Assembly (NCBI GenBank): GCA_030141605.1
Contig: JAQGDQ010002368.1
Location: 496,001 to 560,000 of the forward strand
Direction: 5' to 3'
From: Tubiluchus corallicola
Taxonomy: Eukaryota > Animalia > Priapulida
DNA length: 64,000 nt
The notes under the pieces are model-generated. The model was not told the origin of the DNA. It ran no database searches and saw only the letters and a program-made list of their open reading frames with translations. The position numbers and the translations under genes are program-made. Positions 1 through 12,250 of this stretch are shown piece by piece (positions within the stretch are counted from its first letter, which is position 1; each line of letters starts with the position of its first letter).

Positions 1-3000
1 AACTACTTGTGGCTTGTGACATGGAAAGATTTACATCTGATGCGTGTGAAACAGCTTCATTAAATCCCACCGAATTTGTGCTGCTAGAAGAAGATGTGAA
101 ATTGAATCCATTATCCTGCTGTGCAAATATTTCTGCGGGTGTAGACATCTGAGGAAGCACTTGAGCAGTTGGTTTCTGTTTGACTGTTGGACATTCGTTT
201 TTCCTCATTTCAACCACAACGTCAGCATTTTTTGGTAAGTACACCAGATGATTCCTATTGGTTGAGGATAAAACACCTGGTTGACGAAATGGTTTTTCTG
301 ATTGAGGCACGGTTATAGTTTCCTGCTGAAATTCAATTCCTGGTGGAGGAATTACCATAGGAGCATTGCCACTGGAAAGTGGCATGTGATTTTTGTTCCA
401 AGGAGGCATTGAACCAGGAAAATTGCTCCAGAGTTGCTGAATAGCAACCTGAGGCAGTGTTGGAAAAAAACCAGGGGGTGGGGGCATCCTCCAGTATTGA
501 ACAAAAGGCGGTGGTCTAACCATGTGATTAATACCTGGTGGACATGGGATTTGACATTGGTTACTAAGATTGGGATTGTCATGTGGCACTGTACTGACAT
601 TGCATCCCACAGAAGTGGAATTTGAGTTTAGCAATGTTTCCTGCCAGTTAAAATTACTTTGTGCAGCCAGAGGAACAAGAGACTGGATTATGTTGTGAGA
701 ATTACTTTCGGAACATGTAGAACACCATTCTGGCCCAGACGGCAGATTCTGAATTTTTGAAGTGCAAGCCTGAAAGCTTTCGGATGGTTTGGATGATAAC
801 CCTGCTTCATTGGAAGATGTAGGTGTTGTATCGGCATTTCTAAGAACAATTTGACTGCCTGTGTTTTTGTTTGAGCAGTTTTCTTCACTGGTTGATAATT
901 CTGGTGTTCTAACGTGATTTAGTGATGATTCCAACTCCCTATCTATCTGATCATAATTAAAACTTGAGCTGTCACTCAAATTTTGACTTTCATCACTATT
1001 TGTGTTTGTGAGTGATTTCCCAACACTTACAGTTCTTTCTGGAGATTGAACTGTAGATGTTTGCCCCGAAATATCAGACTCATTTGATTCTACTGAAAAA
1101 GATTCATCAGATTGTGTCAAAGGTTGTATTAAGCAAGACTGTGAACGAGCAGTAACAACTTCTTGAATCCAATTGTTGATCATTCCCCTTTTTATTTCAT
1201 CTCTAACGGGATCTTTTTCTGGTGAAACAGCCATATTGTTAACTGAAGAACGAGACAATATGTGTGACTCAGAACTTTTGAAAATTTTCAATAAAGGGCG
1301 TGACCAGTGATCATCAAAGCCATCAAGTGTTTTCCATACGTTGGTAATATCAGCTTGTGTAATGTTGGCATTATCATTTGCTATGTGAATTACATCAGAT
1401 TGTATACCCTGGTTCACGTCAGATACGACTGGCATTTGCTGGTTCTCAAAAACCACTGTTTCTGAGGATTTTGGTGTAATTTCATTTTTTGGCGTGTCGG
1501 CTTCCACATGTTCACAGGAAATATTATTATTATTAACACTTATAATTTCAGTATTTTCTTCATATTTCACAATCCCATTATCTTGCTTGTCCTCTTCCAG
1601 TTTTTTTGCTTTTAATTGCCTTGGGAGGAACTCAGCACAATCGTCTTCAGTACCATTATCATTGTCATTCCACTGAACAACTTCAGATGGCAAATTGATT
1701 CTATATGACGTAGTATTTTGATTCACAGGTTCAATTTCATCTTTGTTGGAGATCAGGTGCAAGGTAAAAATAAAATCCAAACACAAAATTTCTTTTACGT
1801 TAGCTAATGTTAGTAATTGGTTACAACTGCATTCCTCATTGTCATGATCATGGTCGTTACCGCTTTCATTGTTTTCATTAGTGTTGAATAAGCTTTCCAA
1901 AATTGACGTGTCATTACTGCTGCCATCTGTTAAAGGATCGTCGCCTTCTGATTCATCATTTGCAGTGTAATAACTTTCAGACGTCGATGTTGTAGATGTT
2001 GCATTTTCCACAATGACTTTATCAGCATGCTTTTCCTTTCTATCACAGAGATGATTCGCAAAGTCACTGCTTGTTGTAATCTGTGATGATTCGTTGTTTC
2101 TATATGAATTATCGTCAGTGAAATGTTCCTTTTGCTGTAATTCACTGGAATGGTCTTCCGTCATTGTCTTATTAGTTTCTTCACTGCTGATGTGAACATT
2201 CTTATCTGAATTACTTGTAGTTTTTTTAAATGTCTTCTGAGGACTTACTGGTGCTGATTTTGCTACACATTTTCCGTTTGGCAAATCCAGTCTTTTTCTT
2301 GATGGCACATCATTAACGTCATAGTACATGCCAACTGGTTGTTGCTGAGTTGTCTGCTCCCAAACGAAGAGTTGCTTGCTTCCATAATCAGAGTGTGTAC
2401 GGTGTTTGGTAGGCGTTGTTTTGGTTTGAGTTTCTCGTGGCTTGCTTGATTCACCCTGCCCTTTTACTCCTGTTTTTGGTTTTATTACATTACCTGGTTT
2501 AATTACTTTTGATACTTCATTCTGCGCTTTTTGTGGACTACATGTGCTCTTGTTATCCTGTGACATAGCTAAAAAGGTAGAAGATGGATGTTTTGCTTCT
2601 GCATGTTGCAAAGCAGTTGCGGTTTTCTCTGTAGCAGTCCACTTTATGAAATCCTCTATCTCGATTCTGCTTATTTTCACGTTTTTTGGTAGCAGGTAGT
2701 CAGAATCTGTAAAAGCAAGCCAAGGGTTTAATTCTTCTTCTGAATTTTTTATATGCTTTGTCTTTTTCTTTGCTTTTTCCACAACCTCAAATCTATCACC
2801 AACATCAACCGGATAAGCAAAACCATGATTTAAACCCTTCGTGTAATCATCATAAATAGTTTCATCAGTAGATGATTTGGAATTTTTGTCCTTATCTCCC
2901 TTGAGCTTTTTATCTTCCCATAATTTCTCAACCTCAATTGTTCCGTCTTGGCCATGTTTAAGCTTACATTGAGATTGTTTTGGTTTCTTCTTGATTTTGG

Positions 3001-3832
3001 ACATCTTATCTGTGGCACTGTCTTCGTTATAAGGACTTGTTGTTTCTGATTTTTTGACATCTGGGGATTTATTTTTTGCCTCAAGCTGATTATGCGGCAT
3101 TTCGTTTACGTCATCACTGTCTCCTTCATTTCCTAATCTTCCATTCGATCTAGTGGAGCTGTAACTGCCATCTAGTTTTTTTGAATTTTCTCGGTGACGT
3201 CGCTTTTTTTCACGCTTCCTGGCTTTTCTGGCCTTATCGCGCTCTTCGGATTTTAATAACTCGTTCTCATGAACAGCAGCCAATTGTTGCTCGACTTCGT
3301 TAAACTTTGCTTCAAAGGCTTCCCACAGCCTCTTAATGTGTGCCTTTTCATCTTCTTTGTGTGAAATGCAATACATTCGTTCAAAAGTCGTAAGAAATGG
3401 TTTCAACTTGTGATAGTTGTTCTGGAGCCACTTGAAACCTTCTGGTGCATCGCAGAGAGCAACTACTATCACGAGGCTGGTCACCAGGACTTGAAGATTT
3501 TCCATGTGACCCTTTGAGTATTTTACAGCTACTTTGATAAAAAATTCCAGTTTAGATTTGTCTATCAGGTAAGATGCAAAACGATTGTCTATCGTATTGT
3601 CTTCATTAAGGATCAGCTCTTTGCAGAATGTGCAAGATGCCAGAACAATTTCTTCTTGTGTCATGAACCTTTGGATGACCTGTATAGTAGCATCCAGTGT
3701 TTCGTATTCATCCATGTGATGTTTTACGTCTGGACTTCTTTTTAAAACGGCCGTCAGGCTTGGATAAAGATACTCCGTGTAAAACCGTGAAGCGCTGCGT
3801 GCTTTTGGATCTAACATTCTCTCTGTTCTATT
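1..3832 (-). CDS. Giant coding exon (>1277 codons, open to the window edge), probably exon 7 of the ankyrin gene
   Basis: Read codon by codon: no stop in this minus-strand frame from 3832 to 1. It begins NRTERMLDPKARSASRFYTEYLYPSLTAVLKRSPDVKHHMDEYETLDATIQVIQRFMTQEEIVLASCTFCKELIL, contains NELLKSEERDKARKARKREKKRRHRE, then S/T/N/K/D-rich sequence and a P/Q-rich patch near 300-560. It is absent from the ORF track, presumably because its stop lies outside the window. Confidence 0.92.
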
Positions 3833-6800
3833 CTGAAAATGTAAAGCTTTATAAGAAACGACTTAGACAAAAAAGTGTGAACTTCTCTTTGAAACTGCAG
3901 GCTGAAATGTTGTGGATGCGGATGACCACACTACTTTTCGCCATTCACCCAATGCAATATTTCATTTCAAACACACTGCAGCGGAGCCTACTTCTTTGCT
4001 TGTAGAAGACCGAAAGCAGCGTAGTGAACGACACTTCAGGCTGCAGTTCAAAGCAGAGGTTAAGTTTTAATTGACATAACTGTATGGCTTCGTTTGCAAA
4101 AGATAGGCAGTCATAGGTCTGATCTGAAATACTGGTGCGCCGTAAAGCAAGTAGCTCGTACGGAAAATGGAATTTACTACCAAGCAAGGACTATAACAAG
4201 TGACCAAGTGTTGAACAAATCAGAACGGATCTTTCTTCACTAGAGAAAGAAGAAAAGAGAAGGAGAAACATAGCGATGTGCAGCACAGTACCCACAGTTA
4301 ATTAGTGCTTAAAAATGTATTTTGTTCACTATTTTAAAAACAACTAAATGGTATTTGTTTTAGTTATACGTAAAAAACAACTAGCTAGTCCAAAACTGAC
4401 ATCCACTTTTTCATTGTTTTATTTGTTTTTTCGACGCTGCGTCAGGAAATGATAACCAATTTGAGCATTTTTATGAATTAACCGCATTATTTTTGAAAAG
4501 CTAATTAGCTGCTTTTTAGTAATATAGAGACGTGTCTTAAAAGTGAAAGTTTAATAACCAACAAAATTTCGTTCTTACCTTAATGTAAACTGATATACAT
4601 GTGTTACAATCTTTTGGACTGCATTTGCATTCTTTCCATAGCGTTTCCTTCATCTTTGGTACTTTACTGACCAATGCCAGGCAAACAGGGGTAATCCCAG
4701 CCTAAAAATATCAGAAACATAAATTGTGTATGCAAAAACTAATTACCCTTATCAATGACCAACATTCATATATGGCAAATGCAATGGCTACATACGACAA
4801 ATACACTTTTTTCTCATTTATAGCAAAACATTAAAACAAACAAGCAAATGTGCAAACAATTAAACAAACAAATAAACAAACATATATAAACAAATTACAA
4901 CCACAAATGAAAACAGATTTGGCATCACTTCTGACATTTGGGGCTAGGCGACCGAGATTTTAGCAGAGCCTCATAGGCTAGGTTAAAGTCTTTGGCCTGT
5001 TAATAGCGTTCATTATTGACACAAACGCAAATTATACGTGTAGTAAAAAAACTTGAAGCCATTGCGTGAGCTTGCGCGTTACAACAAAATTGGTAAGTAC
5101 TTAGTACTAGTTATTGGTACCTTATTTTCCAGAAGAGCGTTACATTTAGCTTCAAGTAGCTTAAGCAGTACTGCTGGATAGCCGTTTTCTGCCGCTAGAT
5201 GGAGTGCGGAATTACCATCGGCGTACCGCTGCAAGTTTTTAAATTTGTTCACATTGGGTCGTTTAAGAAGAAAATCAACACAGCTTTCCCAGCCTCTTTC
5301 AGCAGCTATAATGAGTACTGTTTCACCTAGCTAAAGCAAAATGTATGATTCAGAATTGTAGCTTGGTTGCTAACACATAGGTTTTCGTATCGACGTAAAC
5401 AATTGTTTGCAAGGTCTTGCTACATAATTACTGTTTATTTGTTTGCAACCTTACCAAGCAAGAATAGCATAAGGAAATTTAAACAAAACAAACGCCCTGC
5501 TATTCATCATGCACTATTAAAAATTAATGAACAGCTAATAAATATTCGCGCTGGTGACTCAGCTAAAAGAGCCCATTTATAGCTAGTGCGGAAATGGCGC
5601 GCTGTCACTAAAACAATGAATTATTAACAAAAAGCGACTACATAAATTATATTTTGCAAATGCATGAGTGCAGAACTTTTCGTGAGTGACTGTACGTAAG
5701 CCATACAGGAAAACATAGGAAACTGTGGTAGTACGTCGACGATTATGGTGCCTTGACGATCTGCTCTTTTTGAATTACATGTAGTTAGTAGTGAAAATTT
5801 GTCCAATAATTAAAAATACTTTGTGTTATCCGAATATACTTTAAACATTCATTTACGCTCTTGCTTTTAATTGTCGAAATGTCTGATAATAACTTTTTGC
5901 TTCACTTCTTTGCCGAAGTCTTATTTCTTTGATTTCACTTCCCCTTTGCAGCACATGCTAAAACAAAGCCCGTTTCCTTACTTAGACTTTTTTATTCAGT
6001 TTAGCACTCTGCAAGCCAGGATCCAGCATTCATTGACAGATCTTACTTAATGTAGCTGCCGTGGTAAGACCAGAACCTATTTTATTGTGAAGGGTAATTC
6101 TCTAAGATATCTTTGTCAACATTGGTTCTACATATAATACGTCCTGCTTCAACAAAACAAATGATTCATGGGCAGCGTTGTAGATGAGACCGCCCAAAGG
6201 CAGTATTTCAGGTAGTCACGCACTTAGTTGCCGACCAAAATCAACGCCAAACACACGGGCAATTCTCCCTCAAAACACAACAGTGATTATTACACACACA
6301 GTAATCAATAAACAAATCCGCATGTTATCAGTAGTATCACTTTACAAGTGTATGATAAATGCTTGTGAAACTGAATCCATAACCTCTTATATGACAAGCA
6401 CATCCGATATTACCATATAAGAAACTCTGGCCCATACACGAAAACAGTCCATTTATGGCATTCTAGTCCTATAATCTTAATTTTTTGTTTCTTTATATTA
6501 GTTCATAAAAACTGACGTCGATGGTAAATCACTATTTAATAAAAGAGAAGATAAAAGAAAAGATTAAAGTTTATTAAATACCACAACTAAATACGATGCA
6601 ACAGGGTTGCTCTCTTTTCTCGTTCGCCTGCCAATATCGTGTCTGCCAATATAGCCTGCTAATTCGCCTGCCAATAATCTAACCCATCAACATGAGCAAT
6701 AGTGCTGCCCAGCATGCGTGCAACAATAGCAAAGCATATATTTCAAAGGTAGAGATGATGTTGTACCTTGGTTAGATATCAAAGGTGAAACGATGGCAAA

Positions 6801-9800
6801 TTAAAAAAAAACAATTATGCTAGGATGGAAGTCAACCGATATACCTAAAACGGAACCTGGGTATTGAAGACTTGAATATCCTTCACTTGTGGGTAATACT
6901 TTCTTTCATTGCCTGACACCTAGAACTTTTTTATTGAAACATGTAATAATACTTCGAATTTGATAGCTAGTTCTAGGAATGGAATTACGGGAATGGTTTA
7001 CCTTATTAGCGTAGCTAAAATCAATGTGGGGTTCATGGTTAATCAGCAGTGAAAAATTGGCCGCATTTCCATTCTTTGTAGCCATCATGATCGCGTTGGA
7101 ACCATCCTATAAAATGGAAAAAATGAAAAAAAACATTCTAGTAACAAATTTCATGTTAATTAAAAGAAATTTGTTGACTAACCAATAAAAATACGTGCTC
7201 GAGCAACTGTGTTACATAAAGGCCGAACAAAAGCGTGGACAGATAAGCGAACAATTAATTTCACAAAAACAAATCTATAAAGAAATTAACTAATGCATTA
7301 ATGAACGATCGACAAATAAATGATTAAAGAATTAACAATAGACAGAACATAACTCGCATAAACAATTGATAGAATGGCTAAACTTAAACAGCAAACAAAT
7401 TAAAAAGTGAACCGACAAATCGCTGCCCAGCAGATGTTCCATTAAGAAGGTGAAAAAGTATACGAAAGCAAGAGTTGGGCAAACTATCAAATGAAAAAAG
7501 GATAGACACAGACAGAAAAAAATGGCTAGACAAATATTCAAATTTCTTTTGCTGCCAAAATTAACTTACCAAAGACGTGGCATTTACGTCAGCTCCAGCT
7601 TTCAGCAATCTCTCAGTGATTTCTGGCCAGCTGTGTTTGCAAGAAACCAGTAAGGCTGTGGCTCCATCCTGTAATAAAATTTTGCAATATCTCTTGACTT
7701 TTTCGATAAAACTATTCAGCAGACACGTAGCCAGGGGGGAGCCTGAAAACTTCCCCTTCACTGAATTTAAAAAAAATTATGAATGTTTTGTTTCCTAGTT
7801 GTCCGATGGATCGTATTAAACAATTGAAGAATTAACGAATAAACAACATTTGATTTAATGTGCTAACATTTTTATTTGTTATGTGTATTTTCTCTTTCAA
7901 ATGCTTTTTGTGGTTAAACTTTTAAAATACTATTTATATGCTTCTTTCGCGAGAGCTTCTGAAAGCATGTGACAAACAACAGTTTCCTAAATTATGTTTA
8001 CTGTTGACAATAGGTGTTGTCATTCCAGTGTCTATAAGCACACCAGAAAGAACTTTCTCTGACTTACCTGTGCCTTATTTTCCGCGCCAATTTTCCTGTG
8101 CTATTTTTACCTGTACCATTCGTTTTTGTCTCAAAAAATTTGCTTAGCTTGAGTGCAACATTGAGTTAAAGATTTACGTTGCGTACTTCACTTTACTCAA
8201 GGCGTACCAACCTATGTTAACCCGCGTAGCTTGCGTGGTATAGTTTCAAATGTTTTACTCAAGACACTAAATTTGAATCATCTTTAAAAATTTGTCACTA
8301 TTGAACACATAATTTACGACAAGCAGTTATGAAATCTAGTTAATGACCGTAACTTGTTATGTGTGCCACAAAATTATTTATAAGAAAAAGTAACTCAAAA
8401 TAAATTTATATCTCTTGCGTAATTATGTAACTTTCGCAACATAAACTAAATAGTATAGAAGTTCAAACAGTAGCTCAGTTTTTATAGCACGCATAAATTC
8501 ATAACAATAACAAATAAAGTTATCGTTCTTACAGTTAATTTTTATGCCATTCTTTACTTATTTGTAGTAGATCCTACATGCACTTGGCGCGAAATTTGGT
8601 ACGGAATTACGGTACGATATTTTATCGTACTAGTACGATACGATTCGATTTTGTAGGTCCGGCACGGAATTATGGTACGGTATTTTTTAGAGGTACGAAG
8701 TGCGGTATTTTTCGTACCGTACCGTGCCGTACTGCCAGCCATGCCCACATGTACCTGAACAAAGACGAAATAGACATTGAAAATGTAATACAGGGGTTTG
8801 CAGACCTCAAAAAGGCACATTATTTTATAAGTTACAGTTACAAATAATTTTGTAATTTATTCTATTGTAATTACGATGAACTTTAAGTAAACTCTACCTT
8901 TAATAAAAATTGAAAACAAAACTTTACTTTTAATTATACATGGCGAACCCAATTTGTTTACGAGGTATGGGAGTGCAAACTGTATTAGACTACACAGTAC
9001 ATCTATTAGTGACTACCTCATTCCCACTCCCATGGACTGAGCTCCGAAATTCAATTTAAGCATTGGACCAGATAGGTGTTACTGCCTCATTAAAGGGTGA
9101 GTACTACCTCTCGCAATGACCTAGGTAAATTGATAGATAAAACCACAGCTTGATGACCTGTAGAAGCGTTTTTCTCAGTTGGCCACAGATTGACGGGCCG
9201 ATTTGTCAGCCAAGCGAAAACCTCGAGCAGTGGCCAGTGAATGGATAGGAGGCGCCGATACAATATTCCTGCTGAGGAATTTATCTGTCATACTGCTTAT
9301 GAATATTCAAATAAAAGTCTTAGTAAACTGCTCAGCCTTTTCTATTTAGAATAACCTTAAAATTGCAATGTCAAGCAAACAGGTGATTTTTATATTAGTT
9401 TGTTAACAAAGTCGATGTTAATATCTTAATACATGAGCTTAGTGACCAAGATTAAGCAAAATCATGGTTGGAGACTATTAACACCACCGCGTTCTGTGCG
9501 ATTGTATTCAAACTGTTTTCCTCTTAGAGGGACGATGCATTCACATCCGAATATGCAAAAATCATACCGGCATAGTATTACAGCTTAGAATATTAGAACC
9601 GATAGTGATAATTGATAATTCCGCCATCACCATCCACATTAAGTAGGCGCTAGCATTGAGTATTGTAGACCAGCTTGAAAGTGCCAAACTGTATAAAAAT
9701 CAACTGTTAGCTGAAAGAATGCAGTTTACGGTAGCAACATGTTTAGAGATACGAAGGGTCTACTTACGTCATTGAAGCTAGCGTTGACGCAACTCTTATC

Positions 9801-10786
9801 TTCTATGAGCTTTTCTACAGCTTTTACGTGGCCGACAGAAGCAGCGACTAATAATGTTGGATACGGAAAATCCTGCAAAATAAAAGAAATAAGAAAGCAT
9901 GTCCGGGATTTCGCAAATTCACGGAGAGAACGTCGTTACGGTTCATTAAGTAACAAAAGATTCGTTATGGAACAGTATTATGTATCAAAGTAATACAGGG
10001 GTTGGTCTTGGTCTGTGGGTAGGCCCTGAAGACCAGACCCCAGATAGACCAGCCGTAGACCACAGACAGACCAACCAGATCTGTGACAAATGAGATTTCA
10101 GATAAATCAGAAACCCCAGACTGATCAGCCACAAATTACACTACAGATATATTAGATTTCAAACAGATCAGTAAAATCAACCACATACCAGACCTCTGTC
10201 GACCTTATAAGGACGTTATATTTTTAACAGCAACAACAACAACAAGAATAAACAACGGCTTCTACTAAAGTATAAAAACACCGTTGATTTGAAATTTGCA
10301 AACAGGATTAACCAAAATGTAAGACGACTGAGAGACATGTAGTGCAGTTGATATCAAGAAACTTTTTCGATGTTTAGTAGATGAGTGTTCATACACACTA
10401 TAACTGTACAAAAATCACACGCTCAATAATTTTACTTTTTACGACAATTGTGGTTAAACGTACCCAAGGGAAAAAAGCTAAGGGTTAGAGCTAATATTAA
10501 CACACTTGGCTATGACAGACCAAGATAATAATATTTATCTGACCTATCATAACAAAAAAACTAGCTGCTATAGCTACAAGTTACTGCGTTTCACAAGAAT
10601 TACCAAATTTTCAAAAGAAATAGTTCCTCTAGGGTCCAGTCGGTTTTCTTTCATTAATTCATCTAGGGCTAATCGAACATTCTCGGCTGTCACATCTACT
10701 TCTTTCTTATCCTTCTTCTTGCGAGTTCCGCATTCAGCGTCTTCAGCTTTCACTACAGGTGAGTTTTTTCTTTTTATTTCAGTCAT
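1..10786 (-). CDS. Large ankyrin-repeat protein (about 5-6 ANK repeats, helical/ARM-like segment, basic coiled coil, long low-complexity region); 3' end lies beyond the left edge of the window
   Basis: Exons: 10786-10604, 9872-9768, 7668-7570, 7106-7002, 5330-5121, 4701-4579, 3832-<1. All introns are GT-AG, phase 0. Translation gives ANK motifs: YPTLLVAASVGHVKAVEKLIE, DGATALLVSCKHSWPEITERLLKAGADVNA, DGSNAIMMATKNGNAANFSLLI, GETVLIIAAERGWESCVDFLL, DGNSALHLAAENGYPAVLLKLLEAKCNALLENKAGITPV. More than 1550 aa lie in the window. The 4579-to-3832 junction is inferred from phase and a CTAA...TTTTCAG acceptor. Confidence 0.8.
7720..8830 (+). mobile_element. Internally deleted hAT transposon remnant (C-terminal dimerisation domain) interrupted by later insertions
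   Basis: TIR-like start CAGACACGTAGCCAGGGGGG (7720-7739). FPKLCLLLTIGVVIPVSISTPERTFSDL (~7983-8066) fits the hAT dimerisation motif FPxxxxLLxIxxxxPVSxxxxERxFSxL. MYLNKDEIDIENVIQGFADLKK (8749-8814) fits the usual hAT C-terminal tail. Confidence 0.7.
8581..8743. mobile_element. MITE with GGTAC/GTACC internal repeats, probably hAT-mobilised
   Basis: GGTACGG motifs on the left mirror CGTACCGTACCGTGCCGTAC on the right. The right terminus is GCCAGCCATG. It is flanked by a near-identical 8-bp duplication, CCTACATG (8573-8580) and CCCACATG (8744-8751). Confidence 0.65.
9996..10198. mobile_element. MITE-like element with CAGA/CCAGAC-rich interior
   Basis: Imperfect terminal inverted repeats: CAGGGGTTGGTCTTGGTCTGTGG versus reverse complement CAGAGGTCTGGTATGTGG. 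The interior is built of CAGA(C/T) motifs. No clean TSD is visible. Confidence 0.45.
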
Positions 10787-11987
10787 TGCATTTACATTGA
10801 AGGTAAAAATTGAAACGTTTGTTTCTCTGCTCTGCTAAGAAGCGCGCTTACAAAGTTAAAACGTTCTTAAAAATAATTATTCTAAAACGCACGCGTTCAA
10901 ACTTCTGTAGAAAAGCTTGGTTGTTTCTAGGGGAAGATTTGATGTGTTTTTCTTTGTGATGTAAGCAAATTGGGGTGCTGAGGTAGAATTTCCATTTTCA
11001 GAAGCAAAAGGCTATTAAAGAAGCGTTGCTTCTTTTAATTCAATAATAAATTGCCTCACGTAGTAACGTCTATTTTTATGCAAATCGCCCCCTAAAAAGA
11101 TTAGTGCGTAAAGGGGCTACGTACGCCAGCTCCTAAAAACATAGAACTACAAGTAATTTGTTTGTGGTACATTTGCTAACGTTCTTTTTAAAGGCGTGAA
11201 ATAACAATGTTCTGGTAATTCTAAAATTACCAGACGAAAAATGATAGATGTACCAGCTGCTACTGATCTGCGTTTTGCATAAGATAAAATATGATGGCGA
11301 TAAAAGGTTTAAGTAACAAAAACAGCAAATTTTATCACCTATAATTATGCTGTCACTGTGCCTGTACAGTTTTTTGGTTCAGTTGTCACGTATAATGACA
11401 AAAATCGCTGTATTAGCACAATTGCATATATTTAGTATAAGCCTATAACAAATTTTAAAGCACAAGATTATAAAAATACGGAAACTAAAAAAAATTCATG
11501 GGGTCATCGGAGACAGTGTTTATAGTGAGCTTCCATTTTACAGTTTTCTGAAATGCAGGCTGGCTGTTCGTCTAACAAAACTTCTTCCAAAATCTTCAAC
11601 ACTAATTCAAGCGTCACTTAAGCTTGAAAAAATATCGGATAGATTGGGACACTCGTAGATTCCTGGAAGATGTTGGCTTCTAGGAAATCTAAATAATCCC
11701 TTATATAATACCTACCGGGAAAATCGTTGGAGGAAGAAGAAACGCAGTTTATCCTAGTCTTCATCCATATATTTATTAAATGAGACTAGCTCTGTTTAAC
11801 TTAAGCCTTTAAGCTGGCTATCATTACCACGTATACTCAGATATTTTCTGACTTTGAAATAAATATATCGTGGGAGACAGAATTAAAATTTAGAATAGCA
11901 AAAACCGTTCAAAAACATTTTATGCGCGAACGATGAACTATACAAGTAATGTGGTTATTGATTACATTCCATGTGCATAATTTCTCA

Positions 11988-12250
11988 TTATCCCCTCGCA
12001 ACAAAATTGCATGAGAGGATATAGTAATGCCCTCTGTTTGTAGCTGTCTGTCCATCCAAGTGTGCGTCCGTTATTCCGCCATTTGCTTTGTGGACAAATT
12101 TCAAGCCAAATCCATAAGCAAGCCGTCGACTTTAATTGGGGTCTCAGTGTCAAAGGTCAGAGTCACAGGATCTATTGCACATAATAGTACGACGGTTCGT
12201 TGGGAGGAGATGGTCGCTTTGCGGTCCATGTTTACTTTGCTGTATTGTTG
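11988..12250 (+). mobile_element. DINE-1/Helentron-associated (HINE)-like non-autonomous element
   Basis: 5' inverted repeat ATCCCCTCGCAA...TTGCATGAGAGGAT (11990-12020), then a degenerate GTCT/GTCC microsatellite, an internal GTCAAAGGTCAGAGTCACA motif and a 3' hairpin GGTCGC-TTT-GCGGTC before ...ATTGTT. This layout is characteristic of the family. Confidence 0.55.

Noticed and set aside
352-3084. Short ORF-track ORFs on both strands in 352-3084
   Set aside because: They are alternative-frame or antisense shadows of the single long minus-strand exon.
3833-3960. Stop-codon readthrough or recoding linking the 4187-3945 ORF to the giant exon
   Set aside because: The frames differ and all three contain stops; a simple phase-0 intron from 4578 to 3833 explains the structure.
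8578-8847. Overlapping 88-89 aa ORFs with repeated YRT/YGT peptides, and a superficial CRISPR-like repeat look
   Set aside because: They arise from GTAC repeats of a MITE; there are no constant repeats with unique spacers, and the context is eukaryotic.
9138-9180. Resemblance to U3 snoRNA (AAAACCAC...GATGA...AGCGTTTTTCTC)
   Set aside because: The U3 5' domain and box B/C elements are absent.
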